Positions 12,616 to 26,737 of a stretch of DNA of 64,000 nucleotides are shown one piece after another. How positions within the stretch are numbered: the stretch's first letter is position 1; every line of letters starts with the position of its first letter. This DNA comes from Macrostomum hystrix (lineage: Eukaryota > Animalia > Platyhelminthes), in contig CATNEN010000005.1 in NCBI GenBank assembly GCA_950097015.1, positions 1,860,001 through 1,924,000 on the forward strand, written 5' to 3'. The notes beneath the pieces are model-generated. The model was given only the letters and a program-made list of their open reading frames with translations. It ran no database searches and was not told where the DNA came from. Position numbers and translations under genes: made by a program.

Positions 12616-12782
12616 ATAGCTTTATGAAATCCCGCGGTAGTCCTACCATAGACTATTTAACCCTTGTATCTGGGTCAGTTTTCACATCAGAAGTGTCTAA
12701 AAATGTAGAACTAATTATTCAAGAAGTAAATATGTTGGAAATAAAAGATATAACTAAAAATGTAGCCATTTGCACAAAAGAG

Positions 12783-13575
12783 GTGAGGTTTGGGGAGAGA
12801 TGAGGTTGGGAGAGATGAGGTTTGGGGAGAGATGAGGTTTGGGGAGAGATGAGGTTGGGAGAGATGAGGTTTGGGGAGAGATGCGGTTTGGGGAGAGATG
12901 AGGTTTGGGGAGAGATGAGGTTTGGGAAGAGATGAGGTTTGGGGAGAGATGAGGTTTGGGAAGAGATGAGGTTTGGGGAGAGATGAGGTTTGGGAAGAGA
13001 TGAGGTTTGGGGAGAGATGAGGTTTGTGGAGAGATGAGGTTTGTGGAGAGATGAGGTTTGTGGAGAGATGAGGTTTGTGGAGAGATGAGGTTTGTGGAGA
13101 GATGAGGTTTGTGGAGAGATGAGGTTTGTGGAGAGATGAGGTTTGGGAAGAGATGAGGTTGGGAGAGATGAGACAAGGGAGAGATGAGACAGGAGAGATG
13201 AGACAAGGAAGATAAAAGATGAGGGAGAGATGAGACAGGGCAGAGATGAGACAGGGGAGAGATGAGACAGGGGAGAGATGAGACAAGGGAGAGATGAGAC
13301 AGGGGAGAGATTAGACAGGGGAGAGATTAGACAGGGGAGAGATTAGACAGGGGAGAGATTAGACAAGGGAGAGATGAGACAGGGGAGAGATGGGACAGGG
13401 GAGAGATGAGACAGGGGAGAGATGAGACAGGGGAGAGATGGGACAGGGGAGAGATGAGACAGGGGAGAGATGGGACAGGGGAGAGATGAGACAGGGGAGA
13501 GATGAGACAGGGGAGAGATGGGACAGGGGAGAGATGAGACAGGGGAGAGATGAGACAAGGGAGAGATGAGACAGG
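12783..13575 (+). repeat. Compound satellite: 17 bp GAGATGAGGTTTGGGGA changing to 16 bp GAGATGAGACAGGGGA
   Basis: Visible tandem units with a switch near 13170. Confidence 0.95.
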
Positions 13576-14629
13576 GTTTTCCCCTGTACATAGACCACGA
13601 AGGCATTCCAAATACCCGCTGCCCACCTCACGAAAGCTCCGAAACCAAATAACCGATTTTTGTCACAATTGGAATCAAATTTTCCGCCTTTTTCGATCCA
13701 TATTGGGTTCAGTAATAAAATAATTTCTAAAATAATCAACACAATATAATCGGCAATAAAAACGGAAAGGGTTCCGCTATCTATCGGTGGTTTTCACCAC
13801 CAGACACCCCGACGCGAGTCTTTGAATATCTCGACGGTGTCGATGTGTTGTGATTCTGGAAGTTGTGCAATAGAGGGGAATTTTTAGCCGTGTTTTGGAT
13901 TTTCATTGCATATGAAAGGAGATGTGGGTAAATGAAATCCCTCCGCTAGTCACATTCCTTGCCTCCGCTTTCTCGACTCATTCCAGTGGAGAAATGCTGT
14001 TGTCGCTGGCAACTACAGCTCTACTGTACAGTCCACTATACTAAAAATGAAATGGTTGGTTGGTTGGTTGTAATTGATTTTTTCCTGAACGGCTCAACCG
14101 ATTTTCACCATTTCTTCACCAAAAGATGCTAAATATGGGGACAATTATACACGTATTTTTATTAAGCTTAACTTTATTGCTAAAGGGATTAAATATTCGA
14201 AAAACAAGATTTTTCAAAGGTCAAACATCTTGGCCTATTGAGAATTTTACTCACTGCCACTGAATTAGAATTGCATCGTCAAATTGCGCAACAACCCCTA
14301 GCTGATTGAATTTGAAGCCTGCACTCTGGAGACAAATTGGAAATAAATGTACACAACCAACCGCGAGACTGAGTGTACTCTATTTTCTTACTTCATTGTA
14401 CAAAGCCAGAACTTTGAGAATTCATTTTATAAGGCTGATTTTTGCACCCACTAACCAACAGTCGGAATAGCCGATGTGTAGGCACTAGGAATAAGGTTAG
14501 GCTAGGCTAGGGTTCGATTCTGCACTGCGTCAAATCATTTAGACTAATTTTCAGCCAGTAGTGATTGAAGACTATTTTAATTTATTTTTTTCATTTCGTA
14601 AATAAAATATCATAAATCATAGCACACCG

Positions 14630-17515
14630 GCTAAAACAGAGTTTGAATCATGGCTAAACCAGAGTCTGAATCATGGCTAAACCAGAGTCTGAATCATGGC
14701 TAAACCAGAGTCTGAATCATGGCTAAACCAGAGTCTGAATCATGGCTAAACCAGAGTCTGAATCATGGCTAAACCAGAGTCTGAATCATGGCTAAACCAG
14801 AGTCTGAATCATGGCTAAACCAGAGTCTGGATCATGGCTAAACCAGCGTCTGAATCATGGCTAAACCAGAGTCTGAATCATGGCTAAACCAGAGTCTGAA
14901 TCATGGCTAAACCAGAGTCTGAATCATGGCTACACCAGAGTCTGAATCATGGCTACACCAGAGTCTGAATCATGGCTACACCAGAGTCTGAATCATGGCT
15001 ACACCAGAGTCTGAATCATGGCTAAACCAGAGTTTGAATCATAGCTAAACCAGAGTCTGAATCATGGCTAAACCAGAGTCTGAATCATTGCTACACCAGA
15101 GTCTGAATCATGGCTCATAGCTAAACCAGAGTCTGAATCATGGCTAAACCAGAGTCTGAATCATGGCTACACCAGAGTCTGAATCATGGCTAAACCAGAG
15201 TTTAAATCAAAGCTAAACAAGCGTCTGAATCATGGCAAAACCAGAGTTTGAATCATAGCTAAACCAGAGTCTGAATCATGGCTAAACCAGAGTCTGAATC
15301 ATGGCTAAACCAGAGTCTGAATCATGGCTAAACCAGAGTCTGAATCATGGCTAAACCAGAGTCTGAATCATGGCTAAACCAGAGTCTGAATCATGGCTAC
15401 ACCAGAGTCTGAATCATGGCTAAACCAGAGTTTAAATCAAAGCTAAACAAGCGTCTGAATCATGGCAAAACCAGAGTTTGAATCATAGCTAAACCAGAGT
15501 CTGAATCATGGCTAAACCAGAGTCTGAATCATGGCTAAACCAGAGTCTGAATCATGGCTAAACCAGAGTCTGAATCATGGCTAAACCAGAGTCTGAATCA
15601 TGGCTAAACCAGAGTCTGAATCATGGCTACACCAGAGTCTGAATCATGGCTAAACCAAAGTCTGAATCATTGCTACACCAGAGTCTGAATCATGGCTCAT
15701 AGCTAAACCAGAGTCTGAATCATGGCTAAACCAGAGTCTGAATCATGGCTACACCAGAGTCTGAATCATGGCTAAACCAGAGTTTAAATCAAAGCTAAAC
15801 AAGCGTCTGAATCATGGCAAAACCAGAGTTTCAATCATGGCTAAACCAGAGACTAAATCATGGCTACACCAGGGTTTGAATCATGGCTAAACCAGAGTTT
15901 GAATCATGGCTAAACAAGCGTCTGAATCATGGCTAAACCAGAGTCTGAATCATGGCTAAACCAGAGTTTGAATCATAGCTAAACCAGAGTCTGAATCATG
16001 GCTAAACCAGAGTCTGAATCATTGCTACACCAGAGTCTGAATCATGGCTCATAGCTAAACCAGAGTTTGAATCATGGCTAAACCAGAGTCTGAATCATGG
16101 CTAAACCAGAGTCTGAATCATGGCTAAACCAGAGTCTGAATCATGGCTAAACCAGAGTCTGAATCATGGCTAAACCAGAGTCTGAATCATGGCTACACCA
16201 GAGTCTGAATCATGGCTACACCAGAGTCTGAATCATGGCTAAACCAGAGTTTGAATCATAGCTAAACCAGAGTCTGAATCATGGCTAAACCAGAGTCTGA
16301 ATCATGGCTACACCAGAGTCTGAATCATGGCTCATAGCTAAACCAGAGTCTGAATCATGGCTAAACCAGAGTCTGAATCATGGCTAAACCAGAGTCTGAA
16401 TCATGGCTACACCAGAGTCTGAATCATGGCTAAACCAGAGTTTAAATCATAGCTAAACAAGCGTCTGAATCATGGCAAAACCAGAGTTTGAATCATAGCT
16501 AAAACAGAGTTTGAATCATGGCTAAACCAGAGTCTGATTCATGGCTACACCAGAGTCTGAATCATGGCTCATAGCTAAACCAGAGTTTGAATCATGGCTA
16601 AACCAGCGTCTGAATCATGGCTAAACCAGAGTCTGGATCATGGCTAAACCAGAGTCTGAATCATGGCAAAACCAGAGTTTCAATCATGGCTAAACCAGAG
16701 TTTCAATCATGGCTAAACCAGAGACTAAATCATGGCTACACCAGGGTTTGAATCATGGCAAAACCAGAGTTTTAATCATGGCTAAACAAGAGTTTGAATC
16801 ATGGCTAAACCAGAGTTTGAATCATGGCTAAACAAGCGTCTGAATCATGGCTAAACCAGAGTTTGAATCATGGCAAAACCAGAGTTTCAATCATGGCTAA
16901 ACCAGAGTTTGAATCATGGCTAAACAAGCGTCTGAATCATGGCTAAACCAGAGACTAAATCATGGCTACACCAGGGTTTGAATCATGGCTAAACCAGAGA
17001 CTAAATCATGGCTACACCAGGGTTTGAATCATGGCTAAACCAGAGTTTCAATCATGGCTAAACAAGCGTCTGAATCATGGCTAAACCAGAGTTTGAATCA
17101 TGGCTAAACAAGCGTCTGAATCATGGCTAAACCAGAGACTAAATCATGGCTACACCAGGGTTTGAATCATGGCTAAACCAGAGACTAAATCATGGCTACA
17201 CCAGGGTTTGAATCATGGCTAAACCAGAGTTTCAATCATGGCAAAACCAGAGTTTGAATCATGGCTAAACCAGAGACTAAATCATGGCTACACCAGGGTT
17301 TGAATCATGGCTAAACCAGAGACTAAATCATGGCTACACCAGAGTTTGAATCATAGCTAAACAAGCGTCTGAATCATGGCTAAACCAGAGTTTGAATCAT
17401 GGCTAAACCAGAGTTTGAATCATGGCTAAACAAGAGTTTGAACCATGGCTAAACCAGAGTTTGAACCATGGCTAAACCAGAGTTTGAATCATGGCTAAAC
17501 CAGAGTTTGAATCTT
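14630..17515 (+). repeat. 23 bp satellite (TGAATCATGGCTAAACCAGAGTC), about 125 copies
   Basis: Period 23 counted at 14701/14724; variant units recur in blocks. Confidence 0.97.
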
Positions 17516-17539
17516 GGCTTCCCCAGCGTTTGAAAAATC

Positions 17540-18478
17540 AACGTCAACTGGGGAGTCATCATCAAATGGGGGATCATCATCAACTGGGGGATCATCATCA
17601 ACTGGGGGATCTTTGTCAACTGGGGGATCATTGTCAACTGTGGGATCATTGTCAACTGGGGGATCATTGTCAACTGGGGGATCATTGTCAACTGGTGGAT
17701 CGTTGTCAACTGGGGGTTCATTGTCAACTGGGTGATAATCATCAACTGGGGTATCATTGTCAACTGGGGGAACATTGTCAACTGGAGGAACATTGTTAAC
17801 TGGGGATCATCATCAATGGGGAGTCATCATCAACTGGGGGATCATTGTTAACTGGAGGATCTTTGTCAACTGGGGGATCATTGTCAACTGGGGGATTATT
17901 GTCAACTGGGGGATCATTGTCAACTGGGGGATCATTTTCAACTGGGTGATCATCATCAACTGGGGGATCATCATCAACTGGGGGATCATTGTCAACTGGG
18001 GGATCATTGTCAACTGGGGGATCATTGTCAACTGGGGGATCATTGTCAACTGGGGGATCATTGTCAACTGGGGGATCATTGTCAACTGGGGGATCATTGT
18101 CAACTGGGGGATCATTGTCAACTGGGTAATCATCATCAACTGGCGGATCATTGTCAACTGGGGGTTCATTATCATCTGGGGGATCATTATGAACTGGGGG
18201 ATCATTGTCAGCTGGGTGATCATTATCAAGTGGGGGATCATCATCAACTGGGGGATCATTGTCAACTGGGGAATCATTGTCGACTGGGGAATCATTGTCA
18301 ACTGGGGGGATCATTGTCAACTGGGGGATCATTGTCAACTGGGGGATCATTGTCAACTGGGGGATCATTGTCAACTGGGGGGATCATTGTCAACTGGGGG
18401 ATCATTATCAACTGGGGAATCATTGTCAACTGGGGGATCATTGTCAACTGGGGGATCATTGTCAACTGGGTGATCATT
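17540..18478 (+). repeat. 18 bp satellite (CATTGTCAACTGGGGGAT)
   Basis: Visible tandem units; explains the 6-aa-periodic ORFs. Confidence 0.96.
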
Positions 18479-18974
18479 GTAGCTTAAAAAAGCTGAAAAT
18501 ACAGCTGCTAAAAAGTATATACAAGATGAATTTAAAATATTTCTGCTCCCCGAAGGGGGGCAAAACTTGCTAGTCTCCACTAAACTTGTCGCCCTGGCAT
18601 TGTACAGATGTACAGTGCTCACAAATTCTTTCCTACCCACCCAGGTTAAACTTGCTAATAAAGTAAAGCATAGTTTTTTAACTCTCTACCCTTCAATTGC
18701 TGAGTACAATGTGAGTCGCAGGTCTCTCCTGTTAGTTGGCATTCTTTACGCCAACGACTATAAAGGTGCATCCACTGATGCTTTTTGACCAGATGATGTA
18801 GGCCATAATTATTTATCTAGAAGAAGTTATTATAAGAATAATTTGGTCAGCATGACAGTTGGTAAGTTTGAATATTTGACTTATTTTGCTTCGCACTAAC
18901 AACTAACAATGCGAGCAATCGTGTACTTGGAATAGGGCCAAATAGGGGATGCAAAAACAGTAGCAACACACGAG

Positions 18975-20380
18975 AGAGATGAGACAGGGAAGAGATGAGA
19001 CAGGAGAGAGATGAGACACAGGAGAGTTGAGACAGGGGAGAGATGAGACAGGAGATATATGAGATACGGAAGAGATGAGACAGGGAGAAATGAGACAGGG
19101 GAGAGATGAGACAGGAGAGAGATGAGACAACGAAGAGATGAAACACGAGAGAGATGAGACAGGGTAGAGATGAGACAAGGGAGAGATGAGACAAGGGAGA
19201 GATGAGACAGGGAAGAGATGAGACAGGGGAGAGATGAGACAGGGAAGAGATGAGACAGGGGAGAGATGAGACAGGAGAGAGATGAGACAACGAAGAGATG
19301 AAACAGGAGAGAGATGAGACAGGGGAGAGATGAGACAGGGGAGAGATGAGACAGGGGAGAGATGAGACAGGGGAGAGATGAGACAGGGGAGAGATGAGAC
19401 AGGGGAGAGATGAAACAGGGGAGAGATGAGACAGGGGAGAGATGAGACAGGGGAGAGATGAGACAGGGGAGAGATGAGACAGGGGAGAGATGAGACAGGG
19501 GAGAGATGAGACAGGGGAGAGATGAAACAGGGGAGAGATGAGACAGGGGAGAGATGAGACAGGGGAGAGATGAGACAGGAGAGAGATGAGACAACGAAGA
19601 GATGAAACAGGAGAGAGATGAGACAGGGGAGAGATGAGACAGGGGAGAGATGAGACAGGGGAGAGATGAGACAGGGGAGAGATGAAACAGGGGAGAGATG
19701 AGACAGGGGAGAGATGAGACAGGGGAGAGATGAGACAGGGGAGAGATGAGACAGGAGAGAGATGAGACAACGAAGAGATGAAACAGGAGAGAGATGAGAC
19801 AGGGGAGAGATGAGACAGGGGAGAGATGAGACAGGGGAGAGATGAGACAGGGGAGAGATGAGACAGGGGAGAGATGAAACAGGGGAGAGATGAGACAGGG
19901 GAGAGATGAGACAGGGGAGAGATGAGACAGGGGAGAGATGAGACAGGGGAGAGATGAGACAGGGGAGAGATGAGACAGGGGAGAGATGAGACAGGGGAGA
20001 GATGAGACAGGGGAGAGATGAGACAGGGGAGAGATGAGACAGGGGAGAGATGAGACAGGGGAGAGATGAGACAGGGGAGAGATGAGACAACGAAGGGATG
20101 AGACAGGGGAGAGGTGAGACAGGGGAGAGATGAGACAGGAGAGAGATGAGACAACGAAGAGATGAGACAGGGGAGAGGTGAGACAGGGGAGAGATGAGAC
20201 ACGGGAGAGATGAGACAACGAAGGGATGAGACAGGGGAGAGGTGAGACAGGGGAGAGATGAGACAGGGGAGAGATGAGACAAGGGAGAGATGAGACAGGG
20301 GAGAGATGAGACAGGAGAGAGATGAGACAACGAAGAGATGAGACAGGGGAGAGATGAGACAGAGGAGAGATGAGACAAAG
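18975..20380 (+). repeat. 16 bp satellite (GAGATGAGACAGGGGA), same family as 13170-13575
   Basis: Visible tandem units; explains the SHLSPVSSLPCLISPL ORFs. Confidence 0.97.
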
Positions 20381-20780
20381 GATATTTTGTGGGCATTGCA
20401 GCGAATACCACACCAGTAGCAATTAATTTGCCCGTACAGAGTTAATCTTGAGGAGTAATAATAAAATCCGAGGGAAAAGCCAAGCTGTCTAACCGACTAA
20501 TACAGTAAGGAGTTCGAATGTACACTAAAATACGCAGTCCGGAGGACAGCCTTGTAGATAATCCGGTGTTGCTTTCTAACCCAGTAAAATTTTGACCAAA
20601 GCAAACAAATTAATTTTCAGCCTTTCGTCGGTTGCAGAAGCGATCTTTGACCCAAAACTTCTGATAACAATCTTGTCACTATTTGTCCGCCAATAATCTA
20701 ATAGGGCGGTTTGGCAAATGTACACTTGGCGCCAGTTAAGAAGAATTAAAAATCGACTCTACATTACAGCTCAGAGTGGC

Positions 20781-23700
20781 ATGGGTAGATTACAGATTGT
20801 TCTGGTTCTGGCAGCAATGGCCGCCATTCTCGGTTTGTATCTGTTGTCATTGTCAGTCACCAGCCTAGTAACCAGCTTGGTACCGCCAAGCTTCTATGCT
20901 ACTGCGGCCAGGTTTCCGGGAGGATGCGGCGACGAGTGGCCTCCGCCGAAGCATATTGATCCCGAGGTCTTTCAAAGTATCGAACAGGTGAGTCAACGGT
21001 GTCTAACAGTAGATAGTTGTGTCTAACATGAAACCCTTGTGTCTAACATGAAACCCTTGTGTCTAACATAAAACCCTTGTGTCTAACATGAAACCCTTGT
21101 GTCTAACAGTAAATAGTTGTCTCTAACATGAAACACTTGTGTCTAACAGTAAATAGTTGTCTCTAACATGAAGCACTTGTGTCTAACATGAAACTCTTGT
21201 GTCTAACATGAAACACTTGTGTCTAACATGAAACTCTTGTGTCTAACATGAAACCCTTGTGTCTAACATGAAACCCTTGTGTCTAACAGTAAATAGTTGT
21301 CTCTAACATGAAACCCTTGTCTCTAACATGAAACCCTTGTCTCTAACATGAAACCCTTGTCTCTAACATGAAACACTTGTGTCTAACATGAAACCCTTGT
21401 GTCTAACATGAAACCCTTGTGTCTAACATGAAACCCTTGTGTATAACATGAAACCCTTGTCTCTAACATGAAACCCTTGTCTCTAACATGAAACACTTGT
21501 GTCTAACATGAAACCCTTGTGTATAACATGAATCCCTTGTGTCTAACATGAAACCCTTGTGTCTAACATGAAACCCTTGTGTCTAACATGAAACCCTTGT
21601 GTCTAACATGAAACCCTTGTCTCTAACATGAAACCCTTGTCTCTAACATGAAACCCTTGTGTCTAACATGAAACCCTTGTGTCTAACATGAAACCCTTGT
21701 GTCTAACATGAATCCCTTGTGTCTAGTATGAAACCCTTGTCTCTAACATGAAACCCTTGTCTCTAACATGAAACCCTTGTCTCTAACATGAAACACTTGT
21801 GTCTAACATGAAACCCTTGTGTATAACATGAATCCCTTGTGTCTAACATGAAACCCTTGTGTCTAACATGAAACCCTTGTGTCTAACATGAAACCCTTGT
21901 GTCTAACATGAAACCCTTGTGTCTAACATGAAACCCTTGTCTCTAACATGAAACCCTTGTCTCTAACATGAAACCCTTGTCTCTAACATGAAACCCTTGT
22001 CTCTAACATGAAGCACTTGTGTCTAACATAAAACACTTGTGTCTAACATGAAACCCTTGTGTATAACATGAATCCCTTGTGTCTAACATGAAACCCTTGT
22101 GTCTAACATGAAACACTTGTGTCTAGCATGAAACCCTTGTGTCTAACATGAAACCCTTGTCTCTAACATGAAACCCTTGTGTCTAACATGAAACCCTTGT
22201 CTCTAACATGAAACCCTTGTGTCTAACATGAAACCCTTGTGTCTAACATGAAACCCTTGTGTCTAACATGAAACCCTTGTGTCTAACATGAAACCCTTGT
22301 GTCTAACATGAAACCCTTGTGTCTAACATGAAACCCTTGTGTCTAACATGAAACCCTTGTCTCTAACATGAAACCCTTGTCTCTAACATGAAACACTTGT
22401 GTCTAACATGAAACCCTTGTCTCTAACATGAAACCCTTGTGTCTAACATGAAACCCTTGTGTCTAACAAGTGATAGCAAACCTAGCAAAACTTTTTCAAT
22501 TAACTCTCAGGTAATACGCGACAAAGGCTTTCAAACAAGAAGCTACAATGTGACGACAGCCGACGGTTACATCCTGGGTGTGCAGAGAATCCTGCCGAAG
22601 GTTCAAAGTCGCAGAACACCCGTTCTACTAGTTCACGGACTGTTAGACAGCGCCTTCACCTGGGTCTCCAATTTGGCCAATCAATCGCTTGCCTACCGTT
22701 TAAGCGAGGCAGGCTATGACGTTTGGCTAGGCAACGTTCGCGGCAATACCTACAGCAAGGCGCACGTGCGGCTGGACCCGACCCATTTGGACTTCTGGAA
22801 ATTCTCCTGGGATCAGATGGCCGAGTTTGACCTGCCCGCAATGATTCAAGCTGTCTTAAGAGAGACTGGAGCTAAGCAGGTGTACTATGTGGGACACTCG
22901 CAGGGCACGGAGATTGCACTTGCTGGTAAGAAATTCCATTTAAATTATCACCAAACATGGTTAATTATCACTCCAGAGACAATACTTATCACTCACTACT
23001 AAAGCACCACCAAAGCAATATCACCAATTAACACCACCCAATCATCGCCACCCAATCAACACCACCCAAACAACACCAACCAATCAAAACTATCCATTCA
23101 ACACAACCAATCAGCACCCGTCAAAAAACGCCGCGAAATCAAAAGCACCGGAAAGGTTTGTCGTACAATTTACGCCCTGAGGGCCAACCTCCAAGGCATT
23201 GCGAAATGTACACGGACGATGAGAAAGTCAGGGCAGATGTACACACCTGTGTGCCTGTGTGCTCAGGAGTCAGCGAAATTGGCAGAATTGCCTCCTAGCG
23301 GGCTGCGGGTCTAGCGTCACCTATGACTCGTATTTAACAACCAAATCAAAACCAACCCATCAACGCCATACAATCAACACGCAATAGTGTGCAAATAATC
23401 CCATCCCGCCGTCAGCTTGGAGCCAAAACCGCACCGTCGGCTCGCTCGTCAAAGCCGCAGCACTGCTGGCTCCAGTCGCCACCGTCGGCTACATCGAGAG
23501 TCCCATCCGGCTGATCGCACCATTTGCCACCAGCCTAGCTGACGCTATCGACTTCTTTGGTCACGGCGAGTTTCTGCCAACCACCAGACTGCTGAAATTT
23601 CTTTCCCTAGCCGTATGCGGCGACGCACTATCGCCACTGTGTAGCAATGTGATATTCCTGCTGTGCGGTTTTGACTGTCGCTACACAAACATGACCAGAC

Positions 23701-24068
23701 TGCCAGTGTACATCAGCCACACACCGGCGGGCACGTCAGCCATGAATCTAGTCCACTACGCCCAGGCTGTTCAGAACAAACGCTTTCAAAAGTACGACTA
23801 TGGACCGGCTGATAATCTACGTCGCTACGGTCAGTCGACACCGCCGGAGTACAATCTGTACAACATTCGAGTGCCGCTGGCAGTTTATCACGGCGAGAAG
23901 GACTGGCTCGCAGACCCGACAGATTTTAGTCTGCTATTGCCTCAGATTAAGCACACGCTGGTGAGAAATAGGGACGTGTCCGACTACAATCATTTGGACT
24001 TTGTCTGGGGATACAACGCAGCCGATAAGCTCTATAATGACGTCATTGATTATTTTGATCAGTTCTAG
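20781..24068 (+). CDS. Acid lipase (LIPA/gastric lipase family), join(20781..20987,22511..22925,23416..24068), 424 aa
   Basis: GT-AG boundaries with compatible phases (1275 nt total). N-terminal hydrophobic anchor; PVLLVHGLL, VWLGNVRGNTYS, nucleophile GHSQG, EKDWLAD, YNHLDF catalytic triad. Confidence 0.92.
21000..22470 (+). repeat. 20 bp satellite (CTAACATGAAACCCTTGTGT) filling lipase intron 1
   Basis: Visible tandem units, about 73 copies. Confidence 0.97.
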
Positions 24069-24888
24069 GCCACAGATGGATAACCCAGAGCAGTGGAATA
24101 ATTTTGCGAGCTAAAACCTTTATCAAAATGATTTTCTTTGCTTGCTGAAACTAAGATGAAAGTTTCTATCGTTTCTTAGAAATAATTCGGCCCTAAATTT
24201 CAAGGAAATCAGTTAAAACTGAACCGTTATTTTAATTTGAATGCCGTATAATTTTACTTTGTGATTCCACAATTTAAGCTTAAAAGATTAATGTTTACGT
24301 GCAATGTTAAAAAACAACTAGAAAATATACAAGTGATTGTAACATGTTTATAAAACGGGTTCAGGATATATAAAAATAAAAAAATGATATGCCAAGTCGA
24401 AGATTAACATTCAGTAAATTATTTTTGTGCTCAATATTGCTTTCATTTTTCTTTCTTGATGCAGGCATTTTTAAACATTATTCAATAATAAAAATGAGAA
24501 TTTAAAGCTGACCAATGATATTGTTACAAATTTAAACTAAATTTCTGATCGATTAATGTGATTGTCAGGATTTTGTACACCAATAAATTATATGCGTATA
24601 TGCTCTAATAAAAAAGTCAATTACTGTTTTGCTCACTAAGAACATTTTCTAAATCGAAAAAGCAAGAATTAAAGAGAGTTAAGTTTTAATTAATTAGCTG
24701 GTTTTGACAAAGATTTTGACTTTTTTAAATAATGAGGAACGTTCGCGTGCATTTTGATCTGATTTAGTTTAAAGAATGCGATTCACATCTATACGCGCTA
24801 TGGAAATCAACGAGTATTCAGTTTTACCTCCAATGCGAAAATGCGTTTGCGAGAGCCTTAGGATTCGCTTAGAAACTCCTGTCGAATG

Positions 24889-25098
24889 GCCTCTCCTAAT
24901 CCTTTCATTTCCCTCTGCTAGCCTCTCCTAATCCTTTCATTTCCCTCTGCTAGCCTCTCCTAATCCTTTCATTTCCCTCTGCTAGCCTCTCCTAATCCTT
25001 TCATTTCCCTCTGCTAGCCTCTCCTAATCCTTTCATTTCCCTCTGCTAGCCACTCCTAATCCTTTCATTTCCCTCTGCTAGCCTCTCCTAATCCTTTG
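24889..25098 (+). repeat. 32 bp tandem repeat (GCCTCTCCTAATCCTTTCATTTCCCTCTGCTA), about 6.5 copies
   Basis: Period 32 counted at 24921/24953. Confidence 0.93.
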
Positions 25099-25775
25099 CT
25101 TTGCTAACGATTGCCATCCCTGGCCAGCTCTAAACCTCCGACTACACCTTAGTTAACAAATAAGACAAACTCTGTTGAAATTAGAATTCCTATAAAATTC
25201 TATCAGATCTCTAATTCGAAACCGCATTCTCTCCCGTTGAGCAACAACGAAAGGATCCGTGAGTAAACCATTAAATACTTGTGTTTGGGAAATACTCTAC
25301 TCTCAGCAATTCTATCGTAAGTTATTATCTTTGAGATTGTTCACTATATAGGGCGATTTATGTATAATCTGATTGAGAGCACAACAACTAAAGTGAGTGC
25401 AACACCTGGAAAAGATAGTCGATTTCCCACGACTCCTTCTTTCTCTGAAATAGCCGTTTGTAACTGGCCTTTTGATAAGGATAACAATTAAAGATAGTAG
25501 GAATACTCATTCAGCTAGACATATATAGAGAGACAAAAGAAGTAATCATTACAACCACAATCACAGATAGAATAGACACAATTTCTAAAATATTTCAACA
25601 TAAGGGTCGACCCGACCTTATAGTACCAATTATACGAGCTACAACATGAGCTCGTATCATTAAAAAAGGATACTTAACTTGTGCGTCGGTGGCATACAGT
25701 AATGCCATAGACAGTTCGAAATAAGAATTCACCGAGCTTGAAACATGTAGCCGAGCTTTAGGAATAATTGGGTGC

Positions 25776-26413
25776 ATGGGCACTAGATTAAAAGTTTTGC
25801 GTTTCAGTAGCGGCTTAAAAAAACACAGCCCGATAATGCAGGCAGCTCAACGTCGTTCGTTAAACCATGAACCAGAAGATGGCGACCAAGAAGAAAAGAA
25901 TGCTCCAAATGTTCGTTATTTGATTGAGAAGTTTAACCAGTTGGGAGCAATTTCTGCTCCACCGGAGTCGCAAAAGCAGAAGCAACCAATTAGCTCTAAC
26001 TCGCCCAGAATAAATGCAAGCTGTGAAGTAAGCGAGCTTTTGTCTCCAGTTAAACGATACAACTCAAGCGCCGCGGTGGATGAAGCCAAAGATGTCAACA
26101 TCGAGGCACTTACGCTCAGCTCTTCGGTGGAAACCAAAAGGCGTCGGTCGAGCATATCGAAAAAACTGGCCAAACTAGGCATCAGGTTAAACAGCGCGTC
26201 GACTCGGCCCCACGCGGAGCCACATGACAAGCATAAATTGCGCACGCCGGAGAAGTCAAGCGACAATCGGAATTCGATAGTTGGGTCGCTGAGCCGAGCC
26301 AAGTCCTTTCTGATTGGCAGCTCAAAGACGCAAGAATTGAAAAATTATAGTTCCGAATCTACGAACTGCAGCAACAGTCGTCTGGTTGCTGGCAGACGCT
26401 CAACATATAGTAG
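25776..26413 (+). CDS. Probable coding exon of a low-complexity, basic/Ser-rich protein; downstream exons not identified
   Basis: 213-aa ORF with coding-like composition, an NVRYLIEKFNQL motif, and a consensus donor AG|GTGAGC just before its stop. Confidence 0.45.
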
Positions 26414-26544
26414 GTGAGCTTGGAGTTTAAAGTTTGGCGTCGTTGGTTAGAACGCATTGCTACAACGGTAAAATAATGGTAAAACGGGCGTAGTAATAGT
26501 TATTGATTAGAACTGGCTTGCTCGTGTCTAGATATGAAGCCTAC

Positions 26545-26737
26545 AGAACAGCTAGCCGCAGCTACGACTGTTTAGGTCATGGACTGAAGGAGGCGTCACA
26601 CCCAACCTCAAATACCCCAGCAATGCTGGGTACAGTTTAACAGCTTGGTACGGAACTGAAATAATACACGGTTCGTGTCTTGCTAAAGAAGGCACGTTTT
26701 TGGGAATCGAACCCCCGACGCTCTAACCACTAAGACC
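26545..26737 (-). mobile_element. tRNA-derived SINE copy (head internally deleted)
   Basis: Minus strand GGTCTTAGTGGTTAGAGCGTCGGGGGTTCGATTCC (A/B boxes), then TTAGCAAGACAC and GAGGTTGGGTGTGACG..CAGTCCATG, shared with the 59059 element. Confidence 0.65.

Noticed and set aside
17449-20422. Long ORFs of 200-500 aa (WGIIVN, SHLSPVSSLPCLISPL and similar)
   Set aside because: They are translations of 16-18 bp satellites, open in several frames and on both strands.
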